A stretch of 64,000 nt of DNA from Bacteroidia bacterium (GTDB lineage Bacteria; Bacteroidota; Bacteroidia; CAILMK01; JACPUW01): NCBI GenBank assembly GCA_049115495.1, contig JAGDZV010000002.1:217458-281457 (forward strand). The letters run 5' to 3'. The position numbers and the translations under genes were made by a program. Shown here one piece after another: positions 10,534-20,661 of this stretch. Under the pieces are notes generated by a model, which searched no databases, was not told where the DNA came from, and saw only the letters and a list, made by a program, of their open reading frames with translations. Positions within the stretch are counted from its first letter, which is position 1. Each line of letters begins with the position of its first letter.

Positions 10534-11055
10534 ATGAAAGGCTTTACATTATTTGCATTCGGAATTTCAATACTTTTTTTAACTGCAGCAATGCCCGATC
10601 AATCGGTAGGATTAAAAGTGGGTGATGTGGCACCAAATATTGTTCAAGAAGGACTTGACGGAAAAAAACTTTCGCTTAACTCATTGCAAGGCAATTTGGT
10701 TTTAATTGATTTTTGGGCTTCTTGGTGCGGGCCATGCCGTCGTGCTAACCCAAGTTTAGTTAATACTTACAATAAATACAAAAACCAACAATTTAAAAAT
10801 GCCAAAGGTTTTACAGTTTTTAGTGTGTCTTTAGATGCCAAAAAGGCTGATTGGCAGAGAGCCATTAAAGAAGATAAATTAACATGGCCTAGCCATGTGA
10901 GCGATCTTAAATACTGGAATAATGAAGCTGCAAAGCTGTATAAAGTTCGTTCAATTCCTCAAACCGTGCTCATAGATGGCAACGGTGTTATAATTGCCAA
11001 AAACTTGAGTCATCAAATGCTCGATTACGAGTTAGCCAAAAGGTTGGCTAAGTAA
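10534..11055 (+). CDS. TlpA-like thiol-disulfide oxidoreductase (thioredoxin fold), secreted
   Basis: Signal peptide plus ..LIDFWASWCGPCR.. (CxxC active site). Confidence 0.8.
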   Translation: MKGFTLFAFGISILFLTAAMPDQSVGLKVGDVAPNIVQEGLDGKKLSLNSLQGNLVLIDFWASWCGPCRRANPSLVNTYNKYKNQQFKNAKGFTVFSVSLDAKKADWQRAIKEDKLTWPSHVSDLKYWNNEAAKLYKVRSIPQTVLIDGNGVIIAKNLSHQMLDYELAKRLAK

Positions 11056-11129
11056 AAATGACACTTTGACATTTCTTAATTATTGGCAGCAAGTTTGACC
11101 ATTTGCAGCCAGGTAAATTTCTATGCAAA

Positions 11130-11723
11130 ATGAGCGAAGAAAAAGATAGAATAGAAGAAGAAACTATTGATCAGAATACTGAACAAGAAGTAAACGATAA
11201 GGCTGAAGAAAGTGCCGATGAAACAACGGCCAAAAAAGAAACGGGAGAAGTTAAAGAGAAAGAAGCTGAAAAAAATCCTTTAGCTGAACTTGAAGAGGAA
11301 AAAAAGGAACTTCAAGATAAATACATTAGACTCTACTCTGAGTTTGAAAACTTTAGAAGAAGAACAGCTAAAGAAAAGCAAGAGCTTAGGTTAGTGGCTT
11401 CACAAGATCTAATGGTTGATTTATTACCAATTTTAGATGATTTTGAAAGAGGTATAGAAGCAATGGCCAAGGCTGCAGATGTAAAATCTGCTAGCGATGG
11501 TGTTGAGCTTATATACAATAAATTCAAGGGTATATTATCTAAGAAAGGGCTTAAGCCAATTGAAGCTAAAGAAAAGGAATTTGACTTAGACCTTCATGAA
11601 GCGTTAACAAAATTTCCAGCGCCAAACCCTGAAATGAAAGGAAAGGTTATGGATGAAATTGAAAAAGGATATACACTACACGATAAAGTTATAAGACACG
11701 CAAAAGTTGTGGTTGCTGAATAG
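11130..11723 (+). CDS. grpE: Nucleotide exchange factor GrpE
   Basis: Acidic N-terminus, then ..YIRLYSEFENFRRRTAKE.. and ..PILDDFERG... ATG at 11130 is preferred over the track's TTG at 11103. Confidence 0.9.
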   Translation: MSEEKDRIEEETIDQNTEQEVNDKAEESADETTAKKETGEVKEKEAEKNPLAELEEEKKELQDKYIRLYSEFENFRRRTAKEKQELRLVASQDLMVDLLPILDDFERGIEAMAKAADVKSASDGVELIYNKFKGILSKKGLKPIEAKEKEFDLDLHEALTKFPAPNPEMKGKVMDEIEKGYTLHDKVIRHAKVVVAE

Positions 11724-11746
11724 CCTTTGCAAACTAACCTAAAAAG

Positions 11747-12913
11747 ATGTCAAAAAGAGATTATTACGAAGTACTAGGAGTAAGCAAAAGCGCTACGAAA
11801 GATGAAATTAAAAAGGCCTATAGAAAGATGGCTATAAAATTTCATCCTGATAAAAATCCAGATAATAAAGAAGCCGAAGATAAATTTAAAGAAGCAGCCG
11901 AAGCTTACGATGTACTATCTGATGAAGACAAAAGAGCCCGATATGATCGCTATGGTCACCAAGGTGTAAGCGGCGCTGGTTTTGGCGGCGGCGGTGGTGG
12001 CGGAGGAATGTCTATGGACGACATTTTTAGTCATTTTGGCGATATTTTTGGCGATTCAGGAAATCCATTCGAGTCGTTTTTTGGCGGCGGTGGTGGTAGA
12101 AGGGGCGGTGGCTCTAGAAGAACCAAAGGCTCTAATATTAGAGTAAAAGTTAAACTTAACCTTTATGAGATCGCCAATGGTGTAACAAAAAAACTCAAGC
12201 TTAAAAAAGATGTGGAGTGCGACACCTGTACAGGTAGTGGTGCTGCCAATTCGGGAGCTGTGCAAACTTGTGGTACCTGCGGTGGTGCAGGTCAAGTACG
12301 CAGGGTTACCAACACATTTATTGGTCAAATGCAAACTGCCACAACATGTCCAAATTGTCAGGGCATGGGTAAAGTAATCGTTGATAAGTGTAAAGCCTGT
12401 TTTGGAGAAGGAAAAGTAAAAGGAGAAGAAGTTGTTGAAATAAATATTCCGGCTGGTGTTAGGAACGATGTTCAGCTGAGTGTTTCAGGAAAAGGTAATG
12501 CTGCCCGCAGGGGTGGTATTAATGGAGACCTAATTGTTGTAATTGAAGAAGAAGAAAATGAAGAGCTTACACGAGATGGCAATAATGTTATTTACGATTT
12601 GCATTTAAGTTTTCCTGATGCGGCACTTGGTGTTGAAATTGAAGTACCTACCATAGACGGTAAGGCTAAGATTAATATTCCTCCAGGTACACAGGGTGGA
12701 AAAATATTTAGACTTAAGAACAAAGGAATTCCTGATCTTAATGGTTATGGAAAAGGAGATCAATTAATACATACAAATATTTGGGTGCCTAAAACCCTAA
12801 ATAAGCAAGAGCGAAAAGTAATTGAAGAATTGCGAGACTCAGAAAATTGTACTCCTTGTCCTGATAAGAGCGATAAATCATTTTTTGATAAAGTGAAGGA
12901 GATTTTTAGCTAG
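11747..12913 (+). CDS. dnaJ: Molecular chaperone DnaJ
   Basis: J domain with HPDKN, a G/F-rich linker, and four CxxCxGxG zinc-finger repeats. Confidence 0.95.
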   Translation: MSKRDYYEVLGVSKSATKDEIKKAYRKMAIKFHPDKNPDNKEAEDKFKEAAEAYDVLSDEDKRARYDRYGHQGVSGAGFGGGGGGGGMSMDDIFSHFGDIFGDSGNPFESFFGGGGGRRGGGSRRTKGSNIRVKVKLNLYEIANGVTKKLKLKKDVECDTCTGSGAANSGAVQTCGTCGGAGQVRRVTNTFIGQMQTATTCPNCQGMGKVIVDKCKACFGEGKVKGEEVVEINIPAGVRNDVQLSVSGKGNAARRGGINGDLIVVIEEEENEELTRDGNNVIYDLHLSFPDAALGVEIEVPTIDGKAKINIPPGTQGGKIFRLKNKGIPDLNGYGKGDQLIHTNIWVPKTLNKQERKVIEELRDSENCTPCPDKSDKSFFDKVKEIFS

Positions 12914-12935
12914 ATTAAATTGGCTATAAATAAAG

Positions 12936-12964
12936 AAGCCCAGGCCATGTCTTGGGCTTTTTTT
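12936..12964 (+). terminator. Rho-independent terminator after dnaJ
   Basis: 9-bp stem aagcccagg/cttgggctt, 6-nt loop, then a T-run. Confidence 0.6.
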
Positions 12965-13070
12965 GTGCGAAAAAATACGCTAGACTTCGTATACCATCTA
13001 CGACTATTTACTGATGTAAACAGGGGGCCAGCGTTATGATTTTTGCTTTCGAAAAGGAAATCATAAAATC

Positions 13071-13985
13071 ATGAAAAATCTACTCATCATTCTTTGCCTT
13101 TTGGCTTCGTTAAGGCTTGCTGCTCAAAATGTTAATTACAGCATAATTGAAAATGATATTAACAAGATTAACAACGTAACGCTCGAATTTACCCCAGTAA
13201 GCATTGAAGCATGGACCGGGTCTACAAATGAGAGCTGGTTCGGTTATAGAGCAAAGTTTTCTTATAGACTAGGAAGTTTCGGCTCAGTTTCTTATACCTA
13301 TAGGCCACAGTTCAACGTAGGGAGCTCAGATATTTCAGGTAACCGTCCCGATCAGTTTGATTTTTCAGAAATTACATTAACCAAAGGGTTAGGGAATAAA
13401 ACAGTTACTGGCAAGGTGAAAGTGAATTTAAAATCTTCGTCGAGTGGTAAAACCACAACCACAACCTATATTATGGCTGATGCAGATTATTTTAAAGTTA
13501 GTGAACTAAGGTTTGGCTTGCTCAATTACAATAGCCATTTAGAATATAAGTTTGCTGATGAAAGTGAACTTTATACATTAAGTGTAACATCAAGTGTTTT
13601 CTCTTTTGGAATTCAAAAAGGAGATATTAATAGGCTTAAAATAGACTCAGATTATGGACGTAAGAAGAACATGCAATCGCTTACTTACTATTTTGACTTT
13701 CTATATGCTCCAAGACTTGCAGTTAACGAAAACAATCTAAGTGATATAGCCAATCTCACAGGTTCTGAATTACAGTATACTAAATCGAGATTTGGTTTTA
13801 GGTATGGCCTACAATGGACACGGTTAACAAACGTGGGATTTAGCACTGGTATTGAACTAGGGTGGAGACCAGTAATAAGGCCAACAGAAAATAGTGCATG
13901 GAACCGTTTTTATTTAGGTTTAAACTGGTCGTTTCCTGTTGTGTCTTTTAGAACTCCTACGCCAAAGGCCTTTGCATTTAATTGA
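13071..13985 (+). CDS. Hypothetical secreted protein, possibly an outer-membrane beta-barrel
   Basis: Signal peptide MKNLLIILCLLASLRLAAQ, alternating-hydrophobicity strands and a C-terminal aromatic residue pattern. No named family recognised. Confidence 0.45.
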   Translation: MKNLLIILCLLASLRLAAQNVNYSIIENDINKINNVTLEFTPVSIEAWTGSTNESWFGYRAKFSYRLGSFGSVSYTYRPQFNVGSSDISGNRPDQFDFSEITLTKGLGNKTVTGKVKVNLKSSSSGKTTTTTYIMADADYFKVSELRFGLLNYNSHLEYKFADESELYTLSVTSSVFSFGIQKGDINRLKIDSDYGRKKNMQSLTYYFDFLYAPRLAVNENNLSDIANLTGSELQYTKSRFGFRYGLQWTRLTNVGFSTGIELGWRPVIRPTENSAWNRFYLGLNWSFPVVSFRTPTPKAFAFN

Positions 13986-14025
13986 TAAAACTCCTGTAAA
14001 CGTCTAAATTATGTGAAGCGGCTAT

Positions 14026-14235
14026 TTATTCACAGTTCCATTTGTAGGTAACGCCATTCTTTGAATACGAAGAAGTTTCTTCAATATCGTCCAACACACT
14101 TCCACAGTACTCATTGTATGTAGTATCTGTTTTTATACCATCATTAGCAATCAAAGCGCAGTCTGCACATTTTTGACATGAGCCAAACATTAAACAAACA
14201 AATAATAGAAGGGTAAAAAAGGGCTTAAGCATCAA
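14026..14235 (-). CDS. Small cysteine-rich lipoprotein (hypothetical)
   Basis: 69 aa. Lipobox-like ..LMFGSC.. followed by 5 further Cys in about 48 residues. Confidence 0.4.
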   Translation of the reverse strand: MMLKPFFTLLLFVCLMFGSCQKCADCALIANDGIKTDTTYNEYCGSVLDDIEETSSYSKNGVTYKWNCE

Positions 14236-14346
14236 TTATTAAATCAGAATTTCAAATGTTAAAATAAATTTTACTTTATTAATCGGCGTTAACTATAAAA
14301 TAAAAAGCATTTTAACTTAGTTTACATTTGCCTGCATTGAAAAAGC

Positions 14347-15945
14347 ATGAATAAAAAGCGCCTTAGGTATATCACGTCAGCCATGGTTTTTGCATTGCTA
14401 GGAATAATAGTAATACAAGGTTTCTGGATTAAAAACGCGTATTCGGCAATTAGAGAAAGATATTTTAGGGAAGTTGAATCAAAGCTTGACGATGTAATTG
14501 ATAAGCACGAGGTTTTGCTAACTCTTGAGCTTATTGAAGATATTGATCAACGTGGCTTTACCGGAGTGAGTAGTTTCGAAAAGCAAAAGAAAATATTAGC
14601 CAATGTTGATTCAAGCGAAGTTGTTTTTAAAAAGTACACTGTAGATATTGAAGAAGTACTTTTTGAACCGAATACCGAAAAGCTCGTAAGAATGAAAAGT
14701 GGTGATAATCAAATTAACACCACGCCTTCTGCCGATTCGGCATCTTATGATGTTAAAGGGGGAGTAGATAAGATTGAGCTGACCAAAGACAGCCAAATGG
14801 TTGACTTTAGAGAACTTAAAATGGATAGTGAAGGCCAGCTTTTTAGACTAATACGTTCTTTTTTAACTACCTACCCAAAAGTAAATAAGCTCAAAGTTGA
14901 ACGCCAGCTTGATTCATTAATAAATTTTGAATTAGCCAGTTTAAATCCTGATTTAAATTTTAGGTATGAAATATTGGATTATCCTGCCGACACTTTCAAT
15001 ACTTTTATTGAGAGTAGTGAGAAAAAGAATCTGGCTGGAACCCACATAAAAAAGAAATTATTTCCGAGCTCTACCAATCCGCACAATATGCATTTGCTGG
15101 TAAATATTGTTGATCCCATGAGGGTTGTACTAAGCCAAATGAAGTTGATTTTGGTAATGTCAATTCTTTTCTTGGCAATAATTATCTATTCATTCTTTTA
15201 TACGCTCAATAGTCTTGTGCGACAGGGAAAGCTTTCGCAAATGAAAAGTGATTTTATAAATAACATGACCCATGAGTTAAAAACTCCTATAACTACAATT
15301 TCTCTTGCAACAGAAGCTTTATTAGATCGTTCAATCGAAATGTCGCCTGAAAAGGTGAATAGCATGAGTAAGTTAATATCTAAAGAAAACAACAGGCTTA
15401 AGTCTCAAGTAGAGCGTGTGCTTCAAATGGAGCGACTTGATAGGAAGAAGATTAAACTTGATCAGGCTTCTGTTAAGCTAAACGATTTTCTTGAAGAAAT
15501 ACTTAAGAGTGTAACAATTCAAGTTGAAAGCAAGGGCGGTCAAATTACTTGGGTGTTAAAAGCTGATCCTGATATGGTGTCAATAGACGAACTCCATATT
15601 GGCAATGTGGTTTACAGCCTTATAGATAATGCCATTAAATACAGTAACGAACGTATTGAGATTTTTGTGAATACCTATACTACAAAAGATCAAGTATTTA
15701 TAGATATTGAAGATAAAGGTATTGGCATACCAAAAGAACTATTGCCACGCATATTTGAGCGATTTTACAGGGTGCCTACAGGCAACTTGCACGATGTTAA
15801 GGGCTTTGGGTTGGGGCTAAGCTATGTTAAAGAAATGATGAATTTGCATAAAGGAGATGTAAGTGTAGTGAGCCGAATTGGCAAGGGAAGCACATTTACC
15901 CTCATTTTTCCAATAAATAAAAACACCACTAATGAAAAATTCTGA
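14347..15945 (+). CDS. Sensor histidine kinase (two TM segments, HisKA + HATPase_c)
   Basis: H-box ..FINNMTHELKTPITTISLA.., N-box ..LIDNAIKYS.., G-boxes ..DKGIGI.. and ..GFGLGLSYV... Confidence 0.85.
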   Translation: MNKKRLRYITSAMVFALLGIIVIQGFWIKNAYSAIRERYFREVESKLDDVIDKHEVLLTLELIEDIDQRGFTGVSSFEKQKKILANVDSSEVVFKKYTVDIEEVLFEPNTEKLVRMKSGDNQINTTPSADSASYDVKGGVDKIELTKDSQMVDFRELKMDSEGQLFRLIRSFLTTYPKVNKLKVERQLDSLINFELASLNPDLNFRYEILDYPADTFNTFIESSEKKNLAGTHIKKKLFPSSTNPHNMHLLVNIVDPMRVVLSQMKLILVMSILFLAIIIYSFFYTLNSLVRQGKLSQMKSDFINNMTHELKTPITTISLATEALLDRSIEMSPEKVNSMSKLISKENNRLKSQVERVLQMERLDRKKIKLDQASVKLNDFLEEILKSVTIQVESKGGQITWVLKADPDMVSIDELHIGNVVYSLIDNAIKYSNERIEIFVNTYTTKDQVFIDIEDKGIGIPKELLPRIFERFYRVPTGNLHDVKGFGLGLSYVKEMMNLHKGDVSVVSRIGKGSTFTLIFPINKNTTNEKF

Positions 15946-16642
15946 AGTAAGAGTACTAATGGTTGAAGATGACGACAGCCTAGGGAGTATTTTAAGAGAG
16001 TATCTGATGTTAAAAGGCTATCAAGTAGTACATGCTAAAGATGGCTTAGAAGCATTAGATGTTTATGAGAAAGATAGGTTTGATATTTGCCTTCTTGATG
16101 TTATGATGCCGAAGCTAGATGGCTTTAATGTGGCCAAGAAAATTAGAGAAAATGATGAATATGTTCCAATAATATTTGTTACGGCAAAATCTATGCAAGC
16201 CGATAAACTAGAAGGTTTAAAAATTGGCGCAGATGATTACGTAACAAAGCCATTTAGTATGGAAGAGCTTCAGCTGAGAATTGAGGCCATTTTGAGAAGG
16301 ACAACTACTACCGAAGCAGGTAAGCCATTAGATATGAAAGAGTACACCATTGGTACTTACAAGTTTAATAGGCTGTTAAAAATACTCACTGATGTAGATG
16401 GCAAAGAAAGAGGACTTACTGATAAAGAAGCTTCATTGTTAGAAATGTTAATTCAGCATAAAAATGATACCATGAGTCGTAAAGAAGCTCTAATTAAAAT
16501 ATGGGGAGATGATGACTATTTCAATGGTAGAAGTATGGACGTTTACATAACTAAGATCAGAAAAATGCTCAAAGGAGATTCAAATCTTAAGTTGAATAAT
16601 GTTCATGGAGTTGGTTATCAATTAATTGAGTTAAAGGATTAG
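15932..16642 (+). CDS. Response regulator transcription factor (OmpR/PhoB type)
   Basis: Receiver domain (..VLMVEDDD.., ..LLDVMMPKLDG.., ..TAKS..) plus a winged-helix C-terminus (..VYITKIRKML..VHGVGYQL). Overlaps the kinase gene by 14 nt. Confidence 0.9.
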   Translation: MKNSEVRVLMVEDDDSLGSILREYLMLKGYQVVHAKDGLEALDVYEKDRFDICLLDVMMPKLDGFNVAKKIRENDEYVPIIFVTAKSMQADKLEGLKIGADDYVTKPFSMEELQLRIEAILRRTTTTEAGKPLDMKEYTIGTYKFNRLLKILTDVDGKERGLTDKEASLLEMLIQHKNDTMSRKEALIKIWGDDDYFNGRSMDVYITKIRKMLKGDSNLKLNNVHGVGYQLIELKD

Positions 16643-16702
16643 AATTTAGCCCAAAATCATATTTAGATTGCAATAAAGAATACTATTTTTGCCCACCCTT
16701 AA

Positions 16703-16773
16703 GGCGCCGTGGCCGAGTGGCTAGGCACTGGTCTGCAAAACCAGGTACACCAGTTCGAGTCTGGTCGGCGCCT
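16703..16773 (+). tRNA. tRNA-Cys (GCA)
   Basis: Hand-folded cloverleaf. Acceptor GGCGCCG/CGGCGCC. Anticodon stem CTGGT/ACCAG with loop CTGCAAA (anticodon GCA). T arm ACCAG-TTCGAGT-CTGGT. Discriminator T. No encoded CCA. Confidence 0.9.
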
Positions 16774-16781
16774 CAAAAAAA

Positions 16782-16812
16782 AGCCATTTCAGATTTCTGA
16801 AATGGCTTTTTT
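16782..16812 (+). terminator. Rho-independent terminator after tRNA-Cys
   Basis: Perfect 11-bp stem agccatttcag/ctgaaatggct, 4-nt loop, then T6. Confidence 0.8.
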
Positions 16813-16882
16813 GATGAGGAAATTTATTTTAAATCTCTTTTATATCAAATAGGATTCGATTGTTAATCGATTCGTTTTTTTA

Positions 16883-17461
16883 CTAAAAAGAGTATGTTAC
16901 GTCTAAAACAATTCTAGTGCTGCCGGTTCCGCTCTCAAGCACTATTTGATTTGGAAAATCTTGATATTTATCCTTAAACTTTGAAGTTACGCTGCCAATA
17001 AATTCAAAAACAACATTAAAGTTGTCATCAAAATCGTAGTCTACAACTTCAAAAGTTACATCACTTCTCATGTCTCTCAATTTAAAGCTACATGGTATCT
17101 CTAAACTTTTGCTTCCGTCAGCGTTTTCATGTAGTTGGTTATTTAGGTCAGTTGGTTCAAAATATTTGTTTTGAAGATCATATACTCTTAAGGTAATATC
17201 ACCTTTTGAGTCATCATCTTCGTTGTCCCATTCTCTCGATCCATCCATGGCGTTGAATTTCTCTATGGTCATCATTGATACGTTAATAGAAAAAGGTTCA
17301 ACCTCTTCGTCGCACAAGTCTCCTGTCCAACCAAGTTCACAGTCGCATATTCCTTCGTTGCAGTCACCATTTACACAGTTTACATCTTCACATGCATTTC
17401 CGCATGAATTTATTAAAGGAATAGAAAGTGTAAGGGCAATTAGTAGGCTAAAATATTTCAT
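16883..17461 (-). CDS. Lipoprotein with an EGF-like domain and an acidic beta-sandwich-like C-terminal region
   Basis: Lipobox ..LINSC.., then CEDVNCVNGDCNEGICDCELGWTGDLC (six-Cys EGF spacing; CxCxxGWxxxxC fits the EGF_2 signature). The C-terminal part is rich in D clusters (..VVDYDFDDNF..). Confidence 0.55.
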   Translation of the reverse strand: MKYFSLLIALTLSIPLINSCGNACEDVNCVNGDCNEGICDCELGWTGDLCDEEVEPFSINVSMMTIEKFNAMDGSREWDNEDDDSKGDITLRVYDLQNKYFEPTDLNNQLHENADGSKSLEIPCSFKLRDMRSDVTFEVVDYDFDDNFNVVFEFIGSVTSKFKDKYQDFPNQIVLESGTGSTRIVLDVTYSF

Positions 17462-17485
17462 AATGGAGTTTTTTTCAAATATAAA

Positions 17486-18538
17486 TTAGTGAGACCAATC
17501 GTATTCATTAATTGTTGAAACGCATTTTTCAAGTAGATTAATACTGTTTTCAATATCTTTCTTATGAGACATTTCTACAACTTGGTGCAGATGCCTTGTA
17601 GGAATTGAAATTGCTCCAGCTATTGCTCCATTTTTTCCCATTCGTTGCACGCCTGCCGTATCAGTACCACCTGCTGTTAATATTTCAAGTTGAAAAGGAA
17701 TATCGCTGGTTTTTGCAGTGCTTTTCATGAATTCAACCATCCTGTAATCACAAATGGTCATGGCATCCATCACTTTAATGGCGGTTCCTTTGCCAAGATG
17801 TGTTACTTTTTCTTGTGGTTTTGCCCCTGGTAAATCAAATGCAATTGTAGTATCTAAAGCAATACCATAGTCGGGGTTTATTTGGTGTGTTGCAACATTG
17901 GCGCCTCGTATGCCAACTTCTTCTTGCACCGTAAAAACGGCATAGAAGTCATAAGGGATGCTTTGGCTCTTAAATCTTCTTAAGGTTTCAATAAGAATAT
18001 AAACCGCCACTCTATTGTCTAACGATTTACCATTTACGCAATCGCCCATTTCAATTAGCTCACGCTCACGTGTTATAGGATTTCCTATTTCAATAAATTC
18101 TTCTACTTCTTCTTTAGATAAGCCAAGGTCAATAAAGTAGTCGTTTATTTTAGGATTCTTGGTTCGTTCTTCTGCTGTCATTACGTGAATTGGCTTAGAA
18201 CTCATAACACCAATTATATCCTTTTTACCATGAATTATGACCCTTTGTGCAGTAAGTGTTTTTGGATCAAATCCCCCTAAAGTATTGAAGAAAACAAATC
18301 CATCATCATCAATATAATTTACCATAAAGCCGATTTCATCTAAATGAGCAGCGCTCATCACTCGTTTTGATGAATCCTTACCTTTCTTAATAGCTATTAC
18401 ATTACCTAAATTATCAACTGTAATCTCATCAACTAATTCCTCAATTTCGTTAATTACCAAGTCTCTTATCCTTTTTTCATAACCTGGTGCTCCTGCCGTT
18501 TCGGAGATGTTTTTTAATAACTGGAAGTTGAAAGACAT
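17486..18538 (-). CDS. M42 family metallopeptidase (glutamyl aminopeptidase / FrvX-like)
   Basis: ..MSAAHLDEIGFMV.., ..KSLDNRV.., ..VQEEVGIRGA.., ..GGTDTAG... ATG at 18538 is preferred; the track starts at 18559. Confidence 0.85.
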   Translation of the reverse strand: MSFNFQLLKNISETAGAPGYEKRIRDLVINEIEELVDEITVDNLGNVIAIKKGKDSSKRVMSAAHLDEIGFMVNYIDDDGFVFFNTLGGFDPKTLTAQRVIIHGKKDIIGVMSSKPIHVMTAEERTKNPKINDYFIDLGLSKEEVEEFIEIGNPITRERELIEMGDCVNGKSLDNRVAVYILIETLRRFKSQSIPYDFYAVFTVQEEVGIRGANVATHQINPDYGIALDTTIAFDLPGAKPQEKVTHLGKGTAIKVMDAMTICDYRMVEFMKSTAKTSDIPFQLEILTAGGTDTAGVQRMGKNGAIAGAISIPTRHLHQVVEMSHKKDIENSINLLEKCVSTINEYDWSH

Positions 18539-18589
18539 GTTTTGATTTAATTTCTGCAAAAATATGGTTAACCGCCTAGTAAATAAAAA

Positions 18590-18622
18590 GCCCCAAATCT
18601 GCGATTTGAGGCTTTATTTTTT
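18590..18622 (-). terminator. Hairpin terminator between pyk and the M42 peptidase gene
   Basis: 10-bp stem gccccaaatc/gatttgaggc with one mismatch and a 3-nt loop. A/T runs on both sides make it potentially bidirectional. Confidence 0.5.
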
Positions 18623-18639
18623 CAAAATAACTCTTATGG

Positions 18640-20073
18640 TTATTTTACAATGGAAATCTTAATAGTATTGGTTCGCGACCTTTCTTTAATTGGCATTGAA
18701 GCTGTGTTAATGATAATGTCTTCATGATCTACAAAACCACTTTCTTGCAAAATTCTATTAACCTCTTCAATGGTTTGATCTGTACTTTGGTATTTGTCAT
18801 AGTAAAAGCCTCTCACACCCCAAATCAAACTTATTTGCGTGAGTAACTTTTTATTACCAGTAAATATGTAAGTATGCGCTCTAGGTCTAAAACTGCTTAT
18901 TTTAAATGCAGTATAACCACTTACCGTCATACTTACTATTGCCTTAGCATGAGAAGTAATCGAAGTTCGAACTGCTGTTTTGCATAAGGCATCGGATAAA
19001 AAGGTTTCTGAAGATTTGTCTAAAACAACATCTTTATCATAAATGGTAGATTGATCTTCAACCTTACCAATGATTTTTTGCATATTTCTGATTACACCAA
19101 CAGGGAACTTACCTACAGAAGTTTCACCACTAACCATTAGCGCATCGGCACCATCTAGTACTGCATTTGCAACATCATTAATCTCTGCTCTGGTAGGCTG
19201 CGGAGAAGTAATCATGCTCTCCATTATTTGAGTAGCAATAATTACTGGCTTAGATTTTATAAGACATTTTGAAACAATAGATTTTTGAGCCATTGGCATT
19301 TCTTCAATGGGCACTTCAACACCAAGGTCGCCTCTGGCTACCATTATGGCATCTGTTGCGTCAATTATTGAATCAATATTTTCAAGCGCTTGTGGCTTTT
19401 CTATTTTGGCAATTATCTTGGCATTGCAATGTTTGGCTTCTAAAATCTGTCTTAGGGCGATTATGTCATAAGATTCACGCACAAAAGAAAGTGCAATCCA
19501 ATCAGGAGAATGATCAAGAATAAAGTCTAGGTCGGCCAAATCCTTCTCAGTTAAACACGGCAATGAAATTTTAGTACTAGGAAGGTTAACGCCCTTTTTG
19601 GGGTAAAGCGGACCGCCGTGTACCACTTCTGTTTCAACCATGTCAATTCGGTTGGTATCAGTAACTCTAAGTACCAACTTTCCATCGTCTAACAGTACCT
19701 TATCGCCCTCTGCTACATCTTGAGCGAAGTTTTGATAAGTGATATAAGCAACTCCTTCCTTTTCTTTTTCCTTGTTTGTAGTAAAACAAAATTTATCGCC
19801 TTCTAGCAGGTCAATATACTCCACATCTAAGGCGCCAATTCTAATTTTTGGTCCTTGAAGATCACAAAGAATTGAAACATTTAACCCATATTCATCATTG
19901 ATTTTTCTGATGGTTTGCATTACCCTTAGGTGCTCTTCATGAGCGCCATGCGAAAAATTCAATCTACAAACGTCAACTCCTTCCATAAACATTTTGGTTA
20001 GAATCTCTTCGCTCGACGATGCAGGGCCAATAGTGGCAATTACTTTGGTACGGTTAAAAACTGGTTTGATCAA
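18640..20073 (-). CDS. pyk: Pyruvate kinase
   Basis: 477 aa. ..TKVIATIGPAS.., ..RLNFSHG.., ..IIAKIEKPQALENIDSI.., ..MVARGDLGVE... Confidence 0.93.
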   Translation of the reverse strand: MIKPVFNRTKVIATIGPASSSEEILTKMFMEGVDVCRLNFSHGAHEEHLRVMQTIRKINDEYGLNVSILCDLQGPKIRIGALDVEYIDLLEGDKFCFTTNKEKEKEGVAYITYQNFAQDVAEGDKVLLDDGKLVLRVTDTNRIDMVETEVVHGGPLYPKKGVNLPSTKISLPCLTEKDLADLDFILDHSPDWIALSFVRESYDIIALRQILEAKHCNAKIIAKIEKPQALENIDSIIDATDAIMVARGDLGVEVPIEEMPMAQKSIVSKCLIKSKPVIIATQIMESMITSPQPTRAEINDVANAVLDGADALMVSGETSVGKFPVGVIRNMQKIIGKVEDQSTIYDKDVVLDKSSETFLSDALCKTAVRTSITSHAKAIVSMTVSGYTAFKISSFRPRAHTYIFTGNKKLLTQISLIWGVRGFYYDKYQSTDQTIEEVNRILQESGFVDHEDIIINTASMPIKERSRTNTIKISIVK

Positions 20074-20476
20074 AATACTTCAATTTAGTTTTTGTAAAGA
20101 ATTTCTCTTCAATAGCAAATATAGATTGAACCGAACCCACCTTACTTAAATCGTTTTTTGCGCTATCTATATTTAATTGCACGCTTGGCCCCAATGCAAT
20201 TAATAGATAGTCAGCCAATTTGGCCTTGCTAAAAAATAACCCTTCTGGTTGATGATTTTTTATTAAAATAAGTGTGTCTTCTTCTAGCGCAAATTTGTAA
20301 AAAGTAAGACTAGGGTGTTCATTAAAATTTTGATTTGTGAATTTTTCAGGTTCTTGTTCAAATGTTTTTGAAAGAAAATAGGCCATTCTGTAAAAGTCAA
20401 TAGCTGCCGAAATTCCATAGATAACCATGGGCTGTTTTCGTTCAGTAGCATCTATTTTCAGCTTTTCAACCTTCAT
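20054..20476 (-). CDS. Conserved hypothetical protein, possibly the Bacteroidota 'IPExxxVDY' family
   Basis: 140 aa. Sits between pyk and the divergent acpP-fabF-rnc unit, where I recall that family being found. The motif here is only ..QPEG..(10)..ADY, so the assignment is tentative. Confidence 0.4.
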   Translation of the reverse strand: MKVEKLKIDATERKQPMVIYGISAAIDFYRMAYFLSKTFEQEPEKFTNQNFNEHPSLTFYKFALEEDTLILIKNHQPEGLFFSKAKLADYLLIALGPSVQLNIDSAKNDLSKVGSVQSIFAIEEKFFTKTKLKYFDQTSF

Positions 20477-20661
20477 TTAAATGTTATGCACAATTTTTTT
20501 AGAATCAAAACACATGATATTATTCCACAAGACAATATCAATAGTACAACACTTGCCTAAAACAGGGTAAAAAATGAGTAATAACAATTCAACACCTAAG
20601 GTTGTTTGCTATTAACTCAAAAAAGCTATTTCTTTGCAGCAAAATTTTAAAAGGATACAAA

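Noticed and set aside
11084-11098. Sigma-54-like -24/-12 element (TGGCAG-N4-TTTGA) upstream of grpE
   Set aside because: The -12 GC dinucleotide is missing (TTGA rather than TTGC), and the match is short enough to occur by chance.
11990-12110. GC-rich GGC/GGT runs that look like a simple-sequence repeat
   Set aside because: This is the normal Gly/Phe-rich linker of DnaJ.
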